DNA of 64,000 nt from Eubacteriales bacterium (GCA_045593905.1 JAZNXL010000015.1:4572-68571), one strand, 5' to 3'. Positions 1 through 10,032 are shown, counted from the stretch's first letter. Notes: generated by a model not told the origin, from the sequence alone. Numbers and translations: made by a program.

Positions 1-66
1 CGTTTGTTTATATTTATAGAAGAGTCGTTAGTACGTCTTAAATAAACAAAGAAAGGGGGGCATAAT

Positions 67-666
67 ATGAAAAAAACAATTACATTATTAATGATTTTAA
101 CTGTTGTAATAACTTCTTCTTGCAGTACATCCATTAAACAAAAAAATGATAAAGTAGAGTTGAATACAACATATGTGAGTAGCGAGGCATTAAACTACTA
201 TGCAGCTAATAATTATGAGCAATTATTTGAGGTTGCTGATTACGTTGTTGTAGCAACACCGCAACAAAACATTGAAGAGAGTGAACAATTTTGGTATGTG
301 AACGGAACGCAGTCTGTTGAAAACTTTGACCAAGCTGATTTGATTTACAGTTTTAGTAAACGTGACTTTAAAGTACAAAAAGTTTTTAAAGGAGAAAATA
401 AAGACTTAAAAGAAATTTCAGTTTGTGAATATGCAATAACAGATGGTGCTCAGATTAAAATTTTTGATGGCGAGTATATTGCTGAAAAAAACCATAAATA
501 TTTATTGTTTTTGATTGAGTCAAAAGTAACTAAAGGCTTGTATTTCACAACATTTTATCAAGGAAAATATGATTTAAAAGAAAAAAATAACGAGGAAAAC
601 AAAAATATTAATAAAGAACTATACAAAGAAATAAAAGAATATTACAAATCTAATTTTACTAATTAA
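67..666 (+). CDS. putative lipoprotein, function unknown
   Basis: ORF preceded by an AAGGGGGG RBS. N-terminal signal peptide ends in the lipobox-like ITSSC. No catalytic motif recognised. Confidence 0.6.
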   Translation: MKKTITLLMILTVVITSSCSTSIKQKNDKVELNTTYVSSEALNYYAANNYEQLFEVADYVVVATPQQNIEESEQFWYVNGTQSVENFDQADLIYSFSKRDFKVQKVFKGENKDLKEISVCEYAITDGAQIKIFDGEYIAEKNHKYLLFLIESKVTKGLYFTTFYQGKYDLKEKNNEENKNINKELYKEIKEYYKSNFTN

Positions 667-730
667 CCCTCGTACTGAATAAAGTGCCTCTCCTTAAAAA
701 CATCGCACTTTATTCGTTTTATAAAAAATA

Positions 731-758
731 TCCCACTCGCAAGAGTGGGATGTTTTTT
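731..758. terminator. bidirectional intrinsic terminator between the lipoprotein gene and mfd
   Basis: Stem tcccactc / gagtggga with gcaa loop, flanked by an A-run upstream and tgtttttt downstream. Confidence 0.75.
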
Positions 759-3700
759 ATTGTAAGTTTTGTAAAAACTCTTCCATGCGCTCTATTACCG
801 TCTTGCCGTTTGGGCGTATGGTAACGTACGGCTTTTCACCGGGGGTAAACATCATACCCGAGCCGTAAATTGCCTGCAAGCGAATAAGCAGGTTTTCGTC
901 AACACTGTTAAAGAAAAATACAATGTTATCGGCGCGTTGCTTAATGTCAAAAATATTAAGGCTGCGCGCCATATTGCGTATAAGTGAAATACGCATAAGG
1001 TTTATAACGCTCTCGGGCGGAGCTTTAAACCTGTCGGTAAGCTCGTCGAGAGTATCTAAAAAACCATCGTGGTTTTTAATAGCGGCAATTTTTTTATAAA
1101 CGTCAATTCGGGTGCGCTCGCTCGTAATATACGTTTTTGGAATAAACGCGCTTACCGAAATATCAATGGTACAGTCCGACTTTGTTTCGGGCTCAAGACC
1201 TTGCTCGGTCAAAATTACGTTTTTGAGTATCTCCATATAGGTATCGTACCCGACAACGCTCATATTACCGTGCTGACGCTCGCCCAGAAGCGAGCCTGCG
1301 CCACGAATTTCGAGGTCGCGCATTGCAATTTTAAGACCTGCGCCAAACTCGGTAAACTCTTTAATGGTAACAAGGCGCTTTGTTGCAATTTCGCTGGGGT
1401 TTTTGTCCTTTTTATAGGTAAGGTACGCATACGCCCTGCGGCTGCTTCTGCCAACACGGCCGCGAATTTGATGCAGCTGCGCAAGTCCCATTCTATCGGC
1501 ATCTTCAATAATAAGTGTGTTTGCAAACGAAACGTCAATACCCGTTTCAATAATGGTGGTGCAAAGTAAAATATCCACCTCGTGACTCAGCACGGCTTCC
1601 CAGGCTTTTTCAATCTCGGCAGCGCTCATTTTACCGTGCGCCGTCATAATACGCGCCTCTGGGATAGCAATACTTAAGCGTGTTGCAATACTGTCGAGCG
1701 CCTCAATATCGTTTTTAAGATAAAAAACGCATCCATTACGACGCATTTCGCGTGTAATTGCCTGGGTTACAATATCAAAATTATACTCAAGCACATAAGT
1801 CATAACAGGCAACCTGTCAAGCGGTGCTTCTTCAATAATTGAAATATCGCGTATGCCCGACATTGCCATATTAAGAGTACGCGGAATAGGTGTTGCGCTC
1901 ATTGAAAGCACGTCGACACCGAGAGCTAGCTCTTTTATTTTTTCTTTGTGCTTAACGCCAAAGCGTTGCTCCTCGTCAACAATGAGCAGTCCGAGGTCTA
2001 AAAACTTAACGTCTTTTTGCAAAAGCCTGTGAGTGCCAATAACAATGTCAATCTCGCCGCTCTCAAGCTCTTTACAAATTTGCGATTGCTGTTTTTTTGT
2101 CTTAAACCGAGAGAGCGATGCAACCTTAACAGGAAAGCCTTTAAAACGCTTTGCAACGGTGTTAAAGTGTTGCTCGGCAAGTATTGTGGTCGGCACTAAA
2201 ATTGCAACCTGCTTTGAGTCCATAACCGCCTTAAACGCGGCACGCAGTGCCACCTCGGTTTTACCAACACCAACGTCACCGCAAAGCAACCTATCCATAG
2301 GATACGGCTTTTCCATATCCGCCTTTATCTCGCGTGCGCAAGCAATCTGGTCTTCGGTTTCTTCGTATTCAAAGCGTTGCTCAAACTCGTTTTGCCAATC
2401 GGTATCGGCAGAAAATGCAAAGCCTTTTGCACTAAGGCGCTTTGCGTAAAGCTCAATAAGCTCGCGCGCCAAAACCTCAGATTCTTTTTTTACCTTGCTC
2501 TTTGCCTTTTCCCAGGCCGATGTACCAAGGCGGGTAAGCTTTACCTTTGAGGTATCTGCACCAATGTATTTTGAAATAAGGTCAAGCTGAGGGCAGGGGA
2601 CATAAAGCGTGTCGCCCTTATCGTAGCCAATAACAATATAGTCTTTTGTAACACCGCCCACCGTCATTTGCTTAATGCCGTTATATATGCCGATGCCGTG
2701 GGCGTTGTGAACAACAAGGTCGCCTATTTCAATATCGTCAAAGCTCTTTATTTTTTCGCCCGCCTGCTTTTTAGCGCGTTTAACCGACGGCTTTTTCTTT
2801 GCCGCAACATCGCTTAAAAGTACAAGCTTTGCGTTTTCAAACACAAGGTTTAGCGCAATATCGCTAACAGTTACAGTAACGTTTTTAGTACTGACACCCG
2901 CTTCGTCAAGCGCCTCTTTTACAACCTTTGCGCGCTCGGTTGTTGATGCGGTAATAACACAGCTGTAGCCGCCCTTAACATAGTCTGCAACTGTGAGCGC
3001 ACTTTCTTTTCCTATAAATTCACTTACCGATTGCGATAAAATGTTGGCATCGGTCAGTGCCGAAAGCTTTTGTGATGCAGTTGGCTTTAGCGCCGAAAAC
3101 AAATAGGTATCTTTTACAAAATGAGTCAGCAACTCGTCATAGCTTAAATAGTAACTGCCGTTTGCAATAAAGGTGCCGTGCAGGGCGCACTGCTCTACGT
3201 TTTGGTTAAACTGCCACTCTAAAAATTCGCATCTTGACTTAATTTGCGACTGCTCTAACACAAACACGAGCGGGTTGTCGACGTAGTCAAAAATCGTGAA
3301 AATTTTGGGGTAAATAAGCGGTATATATTTATCAATCGCAACACGCATACCGCTGTTTAATGCCTCAATATCTTTTTCAATATCGTGGTGCGGTTTTTGT
3401 GCTTTTAATATATCTAAAAGCTCGGTATCGCTCACATACGGGCTTTTATTAAGCGGTGTAATTTTTACCTGTTCGCATTGTTCGGTGCGGCGTTGTGATA
3501 TAACGTCAAAATAGCTTATGCGTTCTATATCGGTATCAAAAAACTCAATTCGAACAGGCGCATCGCTACCGCCGACAAACACGTCAACAATATCGCCCCT
3601 GCGTGAAAACGAGCCTGCGCCTTCGACCATATCAAACATAGAATATCCCATTTTGATAAGGCTGTCGCAAAGCGCATCAAGCGAGGTACTGTCGCCCGCT

Positions 3701-4101
3701 TTAATTGTAATGGCTTTTTGTGCGTTTTGGGGTGCAGGGCGGGGGAAGGTGAGCGCATCAACTGTTGCAATTACCATATCAAACTCGCCCGAGTGAATTT
3801 GCTCAAGCGCCGCCATACTCTCGCCGTCACCGCTAACGGCAACGCCTACGTCAAAGTTAAACTCGCCGCCGTAAATTACAGGCTGTTTTCGTTTAAAGAG
3901 CGCAGCAAAAAGCGAGGATATTTGACCAAGGTCGCAGGTATTATCTGCAACAAATATCCCCTTTTTATTATGTTTTTGGGTTAAACAGTAGGCGGCAACC
4001 GCCGATGCGTACGAGTCAAGCCCGTACACCGCCGAGGGTAACTCGGCAGGCGGCGGCAAACCAATGTCGCCAAGCAGTTTATAAAGGTTAAAATCAGCCA
4101 T
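757..4101 (-). CDS. mfd: transcription-repair coupling factor Mfd
   Basis: About 1110 aa with helicase Walker A GDVGVGKTEVALRAAF and DEEQRFGV, plus the CarD-like segment IEIGDLVVHNAHGIGIY. Start set at MADFNLYK (ATG 4101), because the longer ORF would run through the end of pth. Confidence 0.93.
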   Translation of the reverse strand: MADFNLYKLLGDIGLPPPAELPSAVYGLDSYASAVAAYCLTQKHNKKGIFVADNTCDLGQISSLFAALFKRKQPVIYGGEFNFDVGVAVSGDGESMAALEQIHSGEFDMVIATVDALTFPRPAPQNAQKAITIKAGDSTSLDALCDSLIKMGYSMFDMVEGAGSFSRRGDIVDVFVGGSDAPVRIEFFDTDIERISYFDVISQRRTEQCEQVKITPLNKSPYVSDTELLDILKAQKPHHDIEKDIEALNSGMRVAIDKYIPLIYPKIFTIFDYVDNPLVFVLEQSQIKSRCEFLEWQFNQNVEQCALHGTFIANGSYYLSYDELLTHFVKDTYLFSALKPTASQKLSALTDANILSQSVSEFIGKESALTVADYVKGGYSCVITASTTERAKVVKEALDEAGVSTKNVTVTVSDIALNLVFENAKLVLLSDVAAKKKPSVKRAKKQAGEKIKSFDDIEIGDLVVHNAHGIGIYNGIKQMTVGGVTKDYIVIGYDKGDTLYVPCPQLDLISKYIGADTSKVKLTRLGTSAWEKAKSKVKKESEVLARELIELYAKRLSAKGFAFSADTDWQNEFEQRFEYEETEDQIACAREIKADMEKPYPMDRLLCGDVGVGKTEVALRAAFKAVMDSKQVAILVPTTILAEQHFNTVAKRFKGFPVKVASLSRFKTKKQQSQICKELESGEIDIVIGTHRLLQKDVKFLDLGLLIVDEEQRFGVKHKEKIKELALGVDVLSMSATPIPRTLNMAMSGIRDISIIEEAPLDRLPVMTYVLEYNFDIVTQAITREMRRNGCVFYLKNDIEALDSIATRLSIAIPEARIMTAHGKMSAAEIEKAWEAVLSHEVDILLCTTIIETGIDVSFANTLIIEDADRMGLAQLHQIRGRVGRSSRRAYAYLTYKKDKNPSEIATKRLVTIKEFTEFGAGLKIAMRDLEIRGAGSLLGERQHGNMSVVGYDTYMEILKNVILTEQGLEPETKSDCTIDISVSAFIPKTYITSERTRIDVYKKIAAIKNHDGFLDTLDELTDRFKAPPESVINLMRISLIRNMARSLNIFDIKQRADNIVFFFNSVDENLLIRLQAIYGSGMMFTPGEKPYVTIRPNGKTVIERMEEFLQNLQ

Positions 4102-4678
4102 TATACATATTTCTCGCTTTGTCGAGCTGACCTGCAAAGAGAAGGTTACAAATGTCGCCTGTTTTTTTAGCGGCATCTTCAACGCTCTTTAGCTCGTCAG
4201 CGCTGAATTTTGACAGCACCCAGTCTTTTAAATCGTACTCGGGGTGCGGCTTTTTGCCAACACCAATTTTAATACGCAAAAACTGTTCGCTGTTTAAATG
4301 CTTTATAATATCGTACACGCCGTTGTGACCGCCGTCAGAGCCTTTGGGGCGAATGCGTATTTTACCCGCATCGAGCGATACATCGTCGTATATAACAATA
4401 AAATTAGTAACAGGAATTTTAAAAAAGCGCATAACCTCGGCAATGGCGCCGCCGCTTAAGTTCATATAGGTTTGCGGTTTTATAATATAAATTTCTTTAT
4501 CACCGCTTACCGCCTTAAAAAGCTGGGCGTTTGCTCTTGTTCTTGTAGCCGATGCTGAGTAAAATTTTACAAGCTCGTCGGCGCAAATAAACCCTGCGTT
4601 ATGGCGCGTGTTTTCGTACTTCGAGCCGGGGTTGCCAAGCCCTGCAATAAGATAACGCTGTTTAGTCTTGAATAGCAT
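4094..4678 (-). CDS. pth: peptidyl-tRNA hydrolase
   Basis: GLGNPGSKYENTRHNAGF signature, about 194 aa, in the canonical pth-mfd order. Confidence 0.93.
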   Translation of the reverse strand: MLFKTKQRYLIAGLGNPGSKYENTRHNAGFICADELVKFYSASATRTRANAQLFKAVSGDKEIYIIKPQTYMNLSGGAIAEVMRFFKIPVTNFIVIYDDVSLDAGKIRIRPKGSDGGHNGVYDIIKHLNSEQFLRIKIGVGKKPHPEYDLKDWVLSKFSADELKSVEDAAKKTGDICNLLFAGQLDKARNMYNG

Positions 4679-4808
4679 TTTCTTCTCCGTCGTCTTTATA
4701 AATTATTTCAATTGTTTCTTTGTCAAAGGGTGTGTTGCAGTATACACAAAAATCAACCTCAAACGGCTGAACTGTGTTGCATATAGGGCATTTTAAATAT
4801 TTTTCCAT
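4662..4808 (-). CDS. candidate 48-aa zinc-ribbon small protein (below the ORF-track cutoff)
   Basis: Hand translation gives MEKYLKCPICNTVQPFEVDFCVYCNTPFDKETIEIIYKDDGEENAIQD, with a CxxC...CxxC pair. Its ATG shares one nt with the TGA of the upstream ABC gene (ATGA). It ends 17 nt inside pth. Confidence 0.4.
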   Translation of the reverse strand: MEKYLKCPICNTVQPFEVDFCVYCNTPFDKETIEIIYKDDGEENAIQD

Positions 4809-6526
4809 CATCTGAACTGATAACTGTAATAGTTTTTGTAAATTCCGTTTTCGTTTTGTAAGAGTGTGTCGTGTGTGCCGCGCTCAACAATACCTGTTTT
4901 GTCAACAACTACAATCTCGTCGGCATTTTTAACAGTCGAAAGCCTGTGTGCAACTACCACAACGGTGCGCCCCTTTGCAAGCTCGTCGAGTGATTTTTGA
5001 ATAAGCATTTCGGTTGCGTTGTCAAGAGCGCTTGTAGCCTCGTCAAGAATAAGAATTGACGGGTTTTTAAGGAATATACGCGCAATCGAAATACGTTGCT
5101 TTTGACCGCCCGAAAGCTTTATTCCGCGCTCGCCAACGTTGGTGTTATAGCCGTTTTCAAGGGTCATAATGTAGTCATGAATGTTGGCTTTTTTAGCTGC
5201 TTCAATTATTGCCTCGTCACTTGCATCAAGGTCGCCGTAGGCTATGTTTTCACGGATAGTTCCGTTAAACAAAAACACGTCTTGCGACACAATGCCAATG
5301 TTAGACCTGAGTGATGAGAGTGCTATGTCTTTTACGTTATTGCCGTCAAGCAAAATTTCGCCCTCGTCAATCTCGTAAAACCTTGGTATAAGGTTGCAAA
5401 TGGTGGTTTTGCCGCCGCCCGAGGGACCTACAAGCGCGAGTGTTTTACCCGACTCGATGTTTAAGCTTAATTTATCAATAATGTTTTTGCCCTCGTCGGT
5501 TGACTCGTAGGCAAACGAAACGTTTTTAAACTCGATGTTACCTTCGATTTTTTCTAATTTGATTTTACCGATGTCGGTTTCGGGGGCTTTGTCAATGATT
5601 TCGCAAAAACGCTTAAAGCCTGTCATACCCTCTTGAAGCTGCTCAAAGAGCGATACAAACCTGCGGATAGGGTTTAAAAACATACTTATGTATAAAAGAT
5701 ATGCGGTAAATTCGCCAATATTGATTTTACCGTAGTAAAAGAACAGCGCACCTGCAACAAGCACTACAAGGTATAAAAAGTCAATAAAAAACGACATTGA
5801 CGAGTGGAACTTTGCCATTTCTAAAAGCGCCTTGCCTCTGTATTTTTTTAGTAGTTCGTTTTCTTTATCAAACTTTTTGTTTTCGTGTGTGGCGGCGGTG
5901 TAGGCACGCGATACGCGAATACCCGAAATTGCCGTTTCAATGTTTGCGTTAACCTCGGCAACCTGTTCTCTGCTTTTTCTAAAAGCGGTCATCATATTAC
6001 CGCGCATAAGCACCGAAAACAAAATAATAAACGGCACCGATGCAAATACAATAAGTGTCAGCGTTAGGTTAATTGACGAAAGCATAATAAACGAGCCAAT
6101 AAACATAAGCACCGATAAAAACAGGTCTTCGGGACCGTGGTGCGCAAGCTCAGATACCTCGTTTAAGTCGTTAATAAGCCGCGACATAATACTGCCGGTC
6201 TTGTTTTCGTCATAGTATGAAAAGGGTAGCTTTTGTAAATGCCTGAAAAGCTCTTTTCGCATATCTGCCTGCATACGAATACCAACAACGTGACCGTAGT
6301 AGCAAACAACAAAGTTAAATAAATACTTTAAAAGATAAATTACAAGCAGTGCGACTGCCCACAAAATTATCATTTGTAAATTTTTTGACGGCACGTACTT
6401 GTTAATAATATCTTTTGCAATTACAGGGTAAAACAGGTCGCAGCCGGCAATTAAAACAGCGCAAACCATATCAATTATGAATAACCGCAGATGCGATTTG
6501 TAGTATTTAATAAAGCGTAAAATCAT
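4808..6526 (-). CDS. ABC transporter, fused permease/ATPase (MsbA/exporter type)
   Basis: N-terminal six-TM-like region. Walker A GPSGGGKTT, signature LSGGQKQR, Walker B ILILDEATSALD. ATG at 6526 lies 8 nt after a GGAGGG RBS; the track start at 6529 is TTG. Confidence 0.9.
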   Translation of the reverse strand: MILRFIKYYKSHLRLFIIDMVCAVLIAGCDLFYPVIAKDIINKYVPSKNLQMIILWAVALLVIYLLKYLFNFVVCYYGHVVGIRMQADMRKELFRHLQKLPFSYYDENKTGSIMSRLINDLNEVSELAHHGPEDLFLSVLMFIGSFIMLSSINLTLTLIVFASVPFIILFSVLMRGNMMTAFRKSREQVAEVNANIETAISGIRVSRAYTAATHENKKFDKENELLKKYRGKALLEMAKFHSSMSFFIDFLYLVVLVAGALFFYYGKINIGEFTAYLLYISMFLNPIRRFVSLFEQLQEGMTGFKRFCEIIDKAPETDIGKIKLEKIEGNIEFKNVSFAYESTDEGKNIIDKLSLNIESGKTLALVGPSGGGKTTICNLIPRFYEIDEGEILLDGNNVKDIALSSLRSNIGIVSQDVFLFNGTIRENIAYGDLDASDEAIIEAAKKANIHDYIMTLENGYNTNVGERGIKLSGGQKQRISIARIFLKNPSILILDEATSALDNATEMLIQKSLDELAKGRTVVVVAHRLSTVKNADEIVVVDKTGIVERGTHDTLLQNENGIYKNYYSYQFR

Positions 6527-6547
6527 CAAATAAGCCCTCCGCTTAAA

Positions 6548-6576
6548 ATTATATAACCTTTAGAGCCCATTGACAA
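6548..6576 (-). promoter_or_regulatory. sigma-A type promoter for the ABC exporter operon
   Basis: On the minus strand: TTGTCA, 17 nt, TATAAT. Confidence 0.55.
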
Positions 6577-6598
6577 GCATATTTTAATTTAATATAAT
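6570..6598 (+). promoter_or_regulatory. consensus sigma-A promoter for the dnaD-like/dnaI operon
   Basis: TTGACA (6570-6575), 17-nt spacer, TATAAT (6593-6598). RBS AAGGAG and the GTG start lie downstream. Confidence 0.65.
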
Positions 6599-6628
6599 AT
6601 ATTTTACTAATTTTAAGGAGTAATTTTT

Positions 6629-7540
6629 GTGGCAGGCTACATTTTTTCTTCAAACCAAATACCTATGATGAGCGTTCCGCGTTCTATTGCCGACAGGTTT
6701 TTGCCTATAGCAACAGGTGCGCAAATTAAGGTGCTCTTATGCCTTATCCGCTTTGAAGATATGCCGCTTACAAAAGCTGATATTGCAAAGCAGTGCAACC
6801 TAAACGAAGATGATGTAAACGATGCCATTAAATTCTGGATTAAAGAGCAGGTGCTAATTCGCCGCGCAAACTCACTCGTTTTATCGGGCGCAGTAAGCGC
6901 ACAACCGCAAACGCTTCCGCGCTATAATGCCGATAATATTCTTGATAAAAAAACAAACGACAGCGCGTTTTCTTTTCTTATTGCCGAAATTGAGCGCATA
7001 CTCGGAAAAACACTAAACCAAAACGATGCTTCGGTTATTCTTGCGATGTATGACCATATGGGCTTTGGCGACGACCTTATTATCCACCTTATTAATTACT
7101 GCGTGTCAATCGGTAAGTCAAACTTCAGATATATCGAAAAAGTAGCGCTCGATTGGTTCGACAGGGGAGTAGATACCTTTGAAAAAGCCGAAGCACTAAT
7201 TCGCGCACTCGAGAAAAAGGCGCGTCTTGAAACTGCAGTTATGGGCTATTTTGGTATTGAAAGAGCACTTTCTAAAAAAGAAAAGGAATATATCGAAAGC
7301 TGGGAGCAAACTCTTGGTATGTCGCTTGAAATGATTAAAGAGGCGTACGAGGTGTGTATCGACAAAAAAGGTGCGCTCAAGTTTGCATATATAAACGGTA
7401 TACTTGTCGACTGGCACAAAAAAGGCTTTAAATCGGTATCTGATATTAAAACCGATGTAAAACCTGTGTCAAACGAAAAGAGCTATAACAGTTTAGATAT
7501 TGAAAACGCAATCTTAAACAGTATGGTAGGTGAAAATTAG
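6629..7540 (+). CDS. DnaD/DnaB(Bsu)-family replication initiation protein
   Basis: GTG start 9 nt after AAGGAG. C-terminal DnaD-like repeat regions (YIEKVALDWFDRGVDTFEKAE; YINGILVDWHKKG). Sits immediately upstream of a DnaI-like loader, as in Firmicute dnaB-dnaI operons. Confidence 0.7.
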   Translation: MAGYIFSSNQIPMMSVPRSIADRFLPIATGAQIKVLLCLIRFEDMPLTKADIAKQCNLNEDDVNDAIKFWIKEQVLIRRANSLVLSGAVSAQPQTLPRYNADNILDKKTNDSAFSFLIAEIERILGKTLNQNDASVILAMYDHMGFGDDLIIHLINYCVSIGKSNFRYIEKVALDWFDRGVDTFEKAEALIRALEKKARLETAVMGYFGIERALSKKEKEYIESWEQTLGMSLEMIKEAYEVCIDKKGALKFAYINGILVDWHKKGFKSVSDIKTDVKPVSNEKSYNSLDIENAILNSMVGEN

Positions 7541-8505
7541 TGGCAAGTTCAACAAAACAAAAAATAATATCAGAGTTTGAGCAAAAACGAAGGACTGCTA
7601 CGCTTAAGGCTGCAAGCAATAAGGCGTCGGCATACCAAAGCCACCCTGAGCTTGCCGATTACGATAAACAAATCAGCAACGTTGCAACTGCTTACACCAA
7701 GCGTATGATTGCAGGCGAGGACGTAAGCGCCGATATGCAAAAAGACGTTGCAAAAATAATTGCGCAAAAAAACAATTACCTAAAATCACTCGGTATTAAC
7801 CCAAATTCGTTTGAGCCGGAGTATTCGTGTAAGCTATGTAACGATACAGGAACTACAAAAAACGGCGTATGCGATTGCTTTAAAGCAAGACTTATCGAAG
7901 AAAACTTTAAAAACTCAAATCTTTCTAAAATTTTAACAAATCAGTCGTTCGAAAACTTTAGTCTTGACTATTATCCCGACGAAATACCGCAAGGTTACCC
8001 GCTTTCACCACGCGCAAATATCGAAAAAATCGTTAAATATTGCAAAGAATTTGCGTATAATTTTGACTTTTCTCCAAAAAGTATACTTATGACAGGCGGA
8101 ACAGGTCTTGGTAAGACTTATCTTTCAACCTGCATTGCAAAAGTGCTGCTCGAAAACTCAAAAAGTGTAATTTATATAAGCGCAGTTGACTTTTTTAAGC
8201 GTATTGAGTCGGCAAGATTCGATGCAACCAATACCGATGTTGAGATGTTTGAAAACTGCGACCTTTTAATTGTTGACGATCTTGGCACCGAGGCACCAAG
8301 CGTTTATGCAACCGCCGTTTTTTCAGATATTTTAGACAAACGCGTGTCACAAGGCAAAAAAATGATACTTAATACAAATAATAAAATTAGCGATATTGAA
8401 AAGTTCTACGGTCAGCGCGTTTACTCGCGTATTGCAGGCTTTTTTAAATGCCTTGTGTTTTTTGGTAAAGATATTCGTATTCAAAACTTTTTACAAGGAA
8501 AATAA
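7540..8505 (+). CDS. dnaI: primosomal helicase loader, DnaI/DnaC-type AAA+ ATPase
   Basis: N-terminal Cys cluster CKLCNDTGTTKNGVCDC. Walker A GGTGLGKTYL and Walker B LLIVDDLGTE. The GTG start overlaps the upstream stop by 1 nt. Confidence 0.8.
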   Translation: MASSTKQKIISEFEQKRRTATLKAASNKASAYQSHPELADYDKQISNVATAYTKRMIAGEDVSADMQKDVAKIIAQKNNYLKSLGINPNSFEPEYSCKLCNDTGTTKNGVCDCFKARLIEENFKNSNLSKILTNQSFENFSLDYYPDEIPQGYPLSPRANIEKIVKYCKEFAYNFDFSPKSILMTGGTGLGKTYLSTCIAKVLLENSKSVIYISAVDFFKRIESARFDATNTDVEMFENCDLLIVDDLGTEAPSVYATAVFSDILDKRVSQGKKMILNTNNKISDIEKFYGQRVYSRIAGFFKCLVFFGKDIRIQNFLQGK

Positions 8506-8507
8506 AT

Positions 8508-8963
8508 ATGAAAAAAATTATTTCAGCTTTACTTTGCGTATTGCTTTTGTTTTGCATTGGCTCTTGCGCAAAAAAAGAGCAAAATATACAAACGCTTTCG
8601 TCAGCTGCCGAGGTTGCAGAGCTTTTAAATATTGATTTTTCAGTTCCTGCAACTGCAAAGTACACAACCTTTACAATAACCGATAATGAGTTGGCGCAGG
8701 CGCATTTTACCTTTAACGGCTTTGTTTTTGATATGTACGCATCAAAAATACTGTTGGCAAAAGATATGCTGAGTATAAAAGCGCAAAATATTGGCGCTGT
8801 TTCGCTTGAGTTTGATGAAAGGGCAGACCTTTCGGTAATTTCTTATAGCGATGGCAGCAGGGGGTGTGAGTGGACAAAAGACGGTACACATTATGTACTG
8901 TATTGTCACAAGTCGGCATCCGACGACGTTTTTTTAGAAATATGTGATGTTATTATTAAATAA
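8508..8963 (+). CDS. putative lipoprotein, function unknown
   Basis: Signal peptide with lipobox CIGSC. No other motif recognised. Confidence 0.55.
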   Translation: MKKIISALLCVLLLFCIGSCAKKEQNIQTLSSAAEVAELLNIDFSVPATAKYTTFTITDNELAQAHFTFNGFVFDMYASKILLAKDMLSIKAQNIGAVSLEFDERADLSVISYSDGSRGCEWTKDGTHYVLYCHKSASDDVFLEICDVIIK

Positions 8964-8990
8964 TACCGATTTTATCGGTATTATTTTTTT
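8962..8990 (+). terminator. intrinsic terminator
   Basis: Stem aataccgat / atcggtatt followed by attttttt. Confidence 0.75.
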
Positions 8991-9025
8991 ATGCTCGCAT
9001 AGAGTTATATCGGGAGGTACAACCT

Positions 9026-10027
9026 ATGCGAAGTTTAAAATGGTATGGTCTTATAATATTTTTATCAACCCTCTTAATACCGCTTGTGCTTAATGCTTTT
9101 TTTGGCGGCGACATTCAACCCCCGCTGCAAAACGACGTAAATGACGATATTGCAAATATGCAAATTAAGGTTTATAAAAGCAGCAGCAAAAACGTTGAAA
9201 TGATTAACTGCTACGACTATATTGTCGGTGTTGTTATGGCTGAAATGCCATATACCTATAATGCCGAAGCACTAAAGGCACAGGCGGTAGCGGCGTTTAC
9301 CTATACTGTAAATAAAATGGAAAATGCAATAAAAAACCCCGATAGCGCCGCCGACCATAGCGGCGGATACGTTTGTGATGACTACAACCACTGCAAAGCA
9401 TATATATCAAAAGACGATGCAAAAGAAAAATTCGGCGCATCGTTTGATAGCGCATACTCAAAAATCGCTGATGCGGTAAGCGAAACTCTCGGCAAAGTAA
9501 TAACCTATGATGGCCAGCCTATAAATGCCGTTTTTCACAGTATTTCGGGCGGTATCACCTCGAGCGCAAAAGAAATCTGGGGCAGCGATATTGCCTATTT
9601 ACAGTCGGTTGACTGTGCTTTTGATAAGTCGGCAAACGGCTTTGAGTCAACTGTTAAGCTGTCACACGACGATTTTTCGGCTATTTTTTATGAACAGCTT
9701 GGTGTGGTGCTTCCAAAAGACTACAGCGAGTGGCTTGGCGGTATTACCCGCTTTGATTCAGGAACTGTAAATAAAATTACCATTGCCGGCACCGAATACG
9801 AGGGCACCTACATACGTAAGCTGTTTTCACTGCGAAGCGCCAATTTTGAGCTTGAAATAGGCGACAAAAACGTAGTGTTTACAGTATACGGCTACGGTCA
9901 CGGAGTCGGTATGTCGCAAAACGGTGCAAACTGTCTTGCAAACGACGGTAAAAGCTATTTAGAAATTTTAAAATATTTTTATAAAGACGTCGAAATTACC
10001 GATTACAAAATTTCAAAAAATGTATAA
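9026..10027 (+). CDS. spoIID: stage II sporulation protein D (SpoIID/LytB-domain lytic transglycosylase)
   Basis: N-terminal TM segment. Conserved segments AVFHSISGGITSSAKEIWG and YGYGHGVGMSQNGAN. Confidence 0.88.
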   Translation: MRSLKWYGLIIFLSTLLIPLVLNAFFGGDIQPPLQNDVNDDIANMQIKVYKSSSKNVEMINCYDYIVGVVMAEMPYTYNAEALKAQAVAAFTYTVNKMENAIKNPDSAADHSGGYVCDDYNHCKAYISKDDAKEKFGASFDSAYSKIADAVSETLGKVITYDGQPINAVFHSISGGITSSAKEIWGSDIAYLQSVDCAFDKSANGFESTVKLSHDDFSAIFYEQLGVVLPKDYSEWLGGITRFDSGTVNKITIAGTEYEGTYIRKLFSLRSANFELEIGDKNVVFTVYGYGHGVGMSQNGANCLANDGKSYLEILKYFYKDVEITDYKISKNV

Positions 10028-10032
10028 TGCCA

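Noticed and set aside
1069-1569. Long antisense or alternate-frame ORFs inside strong genes. Other examples are 20335-20835, 24468-24938, 26963-27529, 37872-38378, 47311-47682 and 59709-60179.
   Set aside because: Each lies wholly within a gene that has clear family motifs on the other strand or frame. They lack an RBS and have odd, low-complexity composition.
4102-4182. N-terminal extensions proposed by the ORF track: mfd 4102-4182, S1 gene 18820-18852, pgi 29753-29818, HAD 41047-41082, spoIVB 44233-44265, kinase 49417-49425, HTH 50891-50974, orphan 51321-51431, AIM24 53659-53667, nanA 57152-57166, HAD-IIB 63571-63585.
   Set aside because: The downstream ATGs have properly spaced Shine-Dalgarno sequences. 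The extensions start at GTG/TTG inside the RBS, overlap a neighbouring gene or terminator, or add non-conserved residues ahead of canonical N-termini.
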